Shown here: positions 30,188 through 32,000 of the stretch, one piece after another
Layout: every line of letters begins with the position of its first letter
Numbering within the stretch: the stretch's first letter is position 1
DNA from: Vibrio vulnificus CMCP6
Lineage (GTDB): Bacteria; Pseudomonadota; Gammaproteobacteria; Enterobacterales; Vibrionaceae
Direction of reading: 5' to 3'
Length of the DNA stretch: 32,000 bases
Assembly: GCF_000039765.1 (NCBI RefSeq)
Contig: NC_004459.3
Location: 1,290,001 to 1,322,000 of the forward strand
Program-made: the position numbers and the translations under genes
The notes under the pieces: generated by a model
What the model was told of the DNA's origin: nothing
Database searches by the model: none
The model's input: only the letters and a program-made list of their open reading frames with translations

Positions 30188-30463
30188 ATGCTTCATTTGA
30201 TTAAGAGCTCTCACGCCTTGGAAGAGGCTCTACTCCTCTGCACGGCTTCTGACGCCATCGTCTTATTGGAAGAAGCGGTTTATGCCGCCACATCTGTGCA
30301 CCCATTGCAGTCACTCTTACCTAAACAGGGCGTCTATGTGTTGCACGGTGATGTGCTGGCAAGAGGCCTTGAATCGCGACTAAGCACCAATATCGCCATG
30401 GTGGACTACCACCAATTGGTTGATTTAACGGTGGAACATTCACCTTCCCTAACGTGGTCGTAA
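30188..30463 (+). CDS. tusB: TusB sulfur relay subunit
   Basis: MLHLIKSSHALEEALLLCTASDAIVLLEEAVYA; follows tusC. Confidence 0.94.
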   Translation: MLHLIKSSHALEEALLLCTASDAIVLLEEAVYAATSVHPLQSLLPKQGVYVLHGDVLARGLESRLSTNIAMVDYHQLVDLTVEHSPSLTWS

Positions 30464-30526
30464 CCCATTCTTCTGTGCTTGTAGAGGAGAGGAAAACCAG
30501 TTGGACAAAAAAGATCCGTATATTTC

Positions 30527-30555
30527 TTGACACACTTCTCACTGCTGCATAGAAT
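30527..30555 (+). promoter_or_regulatory. Sigma-70 promoter for the rpsL operon
   Basis: TTGACA (30527-30532), 17-nt spacer, TAGAAT (30550-30555); ~80 nt upstream of the rpsL ATG. Confidence 0.85.
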
Positions 30556-30631
30556 TTTGCGTCCCTAACTCGCTTGCGTGGTTGGGGATTAGATTTTTCA
30601 CAAAGCTTACTTTAAGTAAATCAGGAGCTAG

Positions 30632-31009
<378 letters not shown>

Positions 31010-31102
31010 TGCCCTTCTTGTTACAAGAGAAGCGTTAAGTAAGGCCAAACACTAAAATTAAATTTTAATTTTGAAGAAACTGAAAAGTTTTGGATAACCT
31101 GA

Positions 31103-31597
<495 letters not shown>

Positions 31598-31605
31598 TAC
31601 CTTCT

Positions 31606-31634
31606 GTGCTGCGAGGTCCTCTCGCAGCACTTTT
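31606..31634 (+). terminator. Terminator/attenuator-like hairpin between rpsG and fusA
   Basis: 10-bp perfect stem GTGCTGCGAG/CTCGCAGCAC, 5-nt loop GTCCT, followed by TTTTC. Confidence 0.7.
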
Positions 31635-31672
31635 CTACACTCTAAGGAATCCCTTAGTAAGAGGATACAATC

Positions 31673-32000
31673 GTGGCTCGTAAAACTCCTATTGAGCGCT
31701 ACCGTAACATCGGTATCTGTGCTCACGTAGATGCAGGTAAAACAACCACAACTGAGCGTATTCTGTTCTACACTGGCCTTTCTCACAAAATCGGCGAAGT
31801 TCACGATGGTGCTGCAACCATGGACTGGATGGAGCAGGAGCAGGAGCGTGGTATCACAATCACATCTGCTGCGACTACGACCTTCTGGCGTGGTATGGAA
31901 GCACAATTCCAAGATCATCGCGTAAACATCATTGATACCCCTGGACACGTTGACTTTACTATCGAAGTAGAGCGTTCTCTTCGTGTACTAGATGGTGCTG
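31673..32000 (+). CDS. fusA: Elongation factor G (5' portion, truncated by window end)
   Basis: GTG start at 31673 with upstream AGAGGA; translates as [35 protein letters not shown]...[23 protein letters not shown]. Absent from the supplied ORF track. Confidence 0.97.
   Translation, partial: MARKTPIERYRNIGICAHVDAGKTTTTERILFYTGLSHKIGEVHDGAATMDWMEQEQERGITITSAATTTFWRGMEAQFQDHRVNIIDTPGHVDFTIEVERSLRVLDGA

Overview
The window looks like a core chromosomal region from a Vibrio-like gammaproteobacterium (taxon inferred from gene content and synteny). It is dense with housekeeping genes. In order: rnr-rlmB; gph; trpS; an outer-membrane porin; a large ExeM/NucH/Xds-type secreted nuclease with a GlyGly-CTERM tail; pabA; argD/astC-astA-astD; a DUF1338 gene; crp, prkB-like, yheU, yheT, a TIGR02444-like gene and yheS (all minus strand); kefG-kefB-yheV-slyD; an isoaspartyl peptidase; slyX and a WD40 lipoprotein (minus strand); an FKBP-type lipoprotein; a YheO-like regulator; tusDCB; rpsL-rpsG; and the 5' end of fusA. 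I found no CRISPR array, transposase, phage module, tRNA/rRNA gene or convincing novel defence system. The observations most worth a second look are in noncoding DNA: a ~126-bp ERIC-like palindrome just upstream of astA; a structured leader with a terminator-like hairpin before the DUF1338 gene; a terminator-like hairpin between rpsG and fusA; a probable synteny junction with a 14-bp tandem duplication between rlmB and gph; and candidate CRP sites upstream of the porin and of crp. The porin/nuclease pair is the most accessory-looking coding segment.
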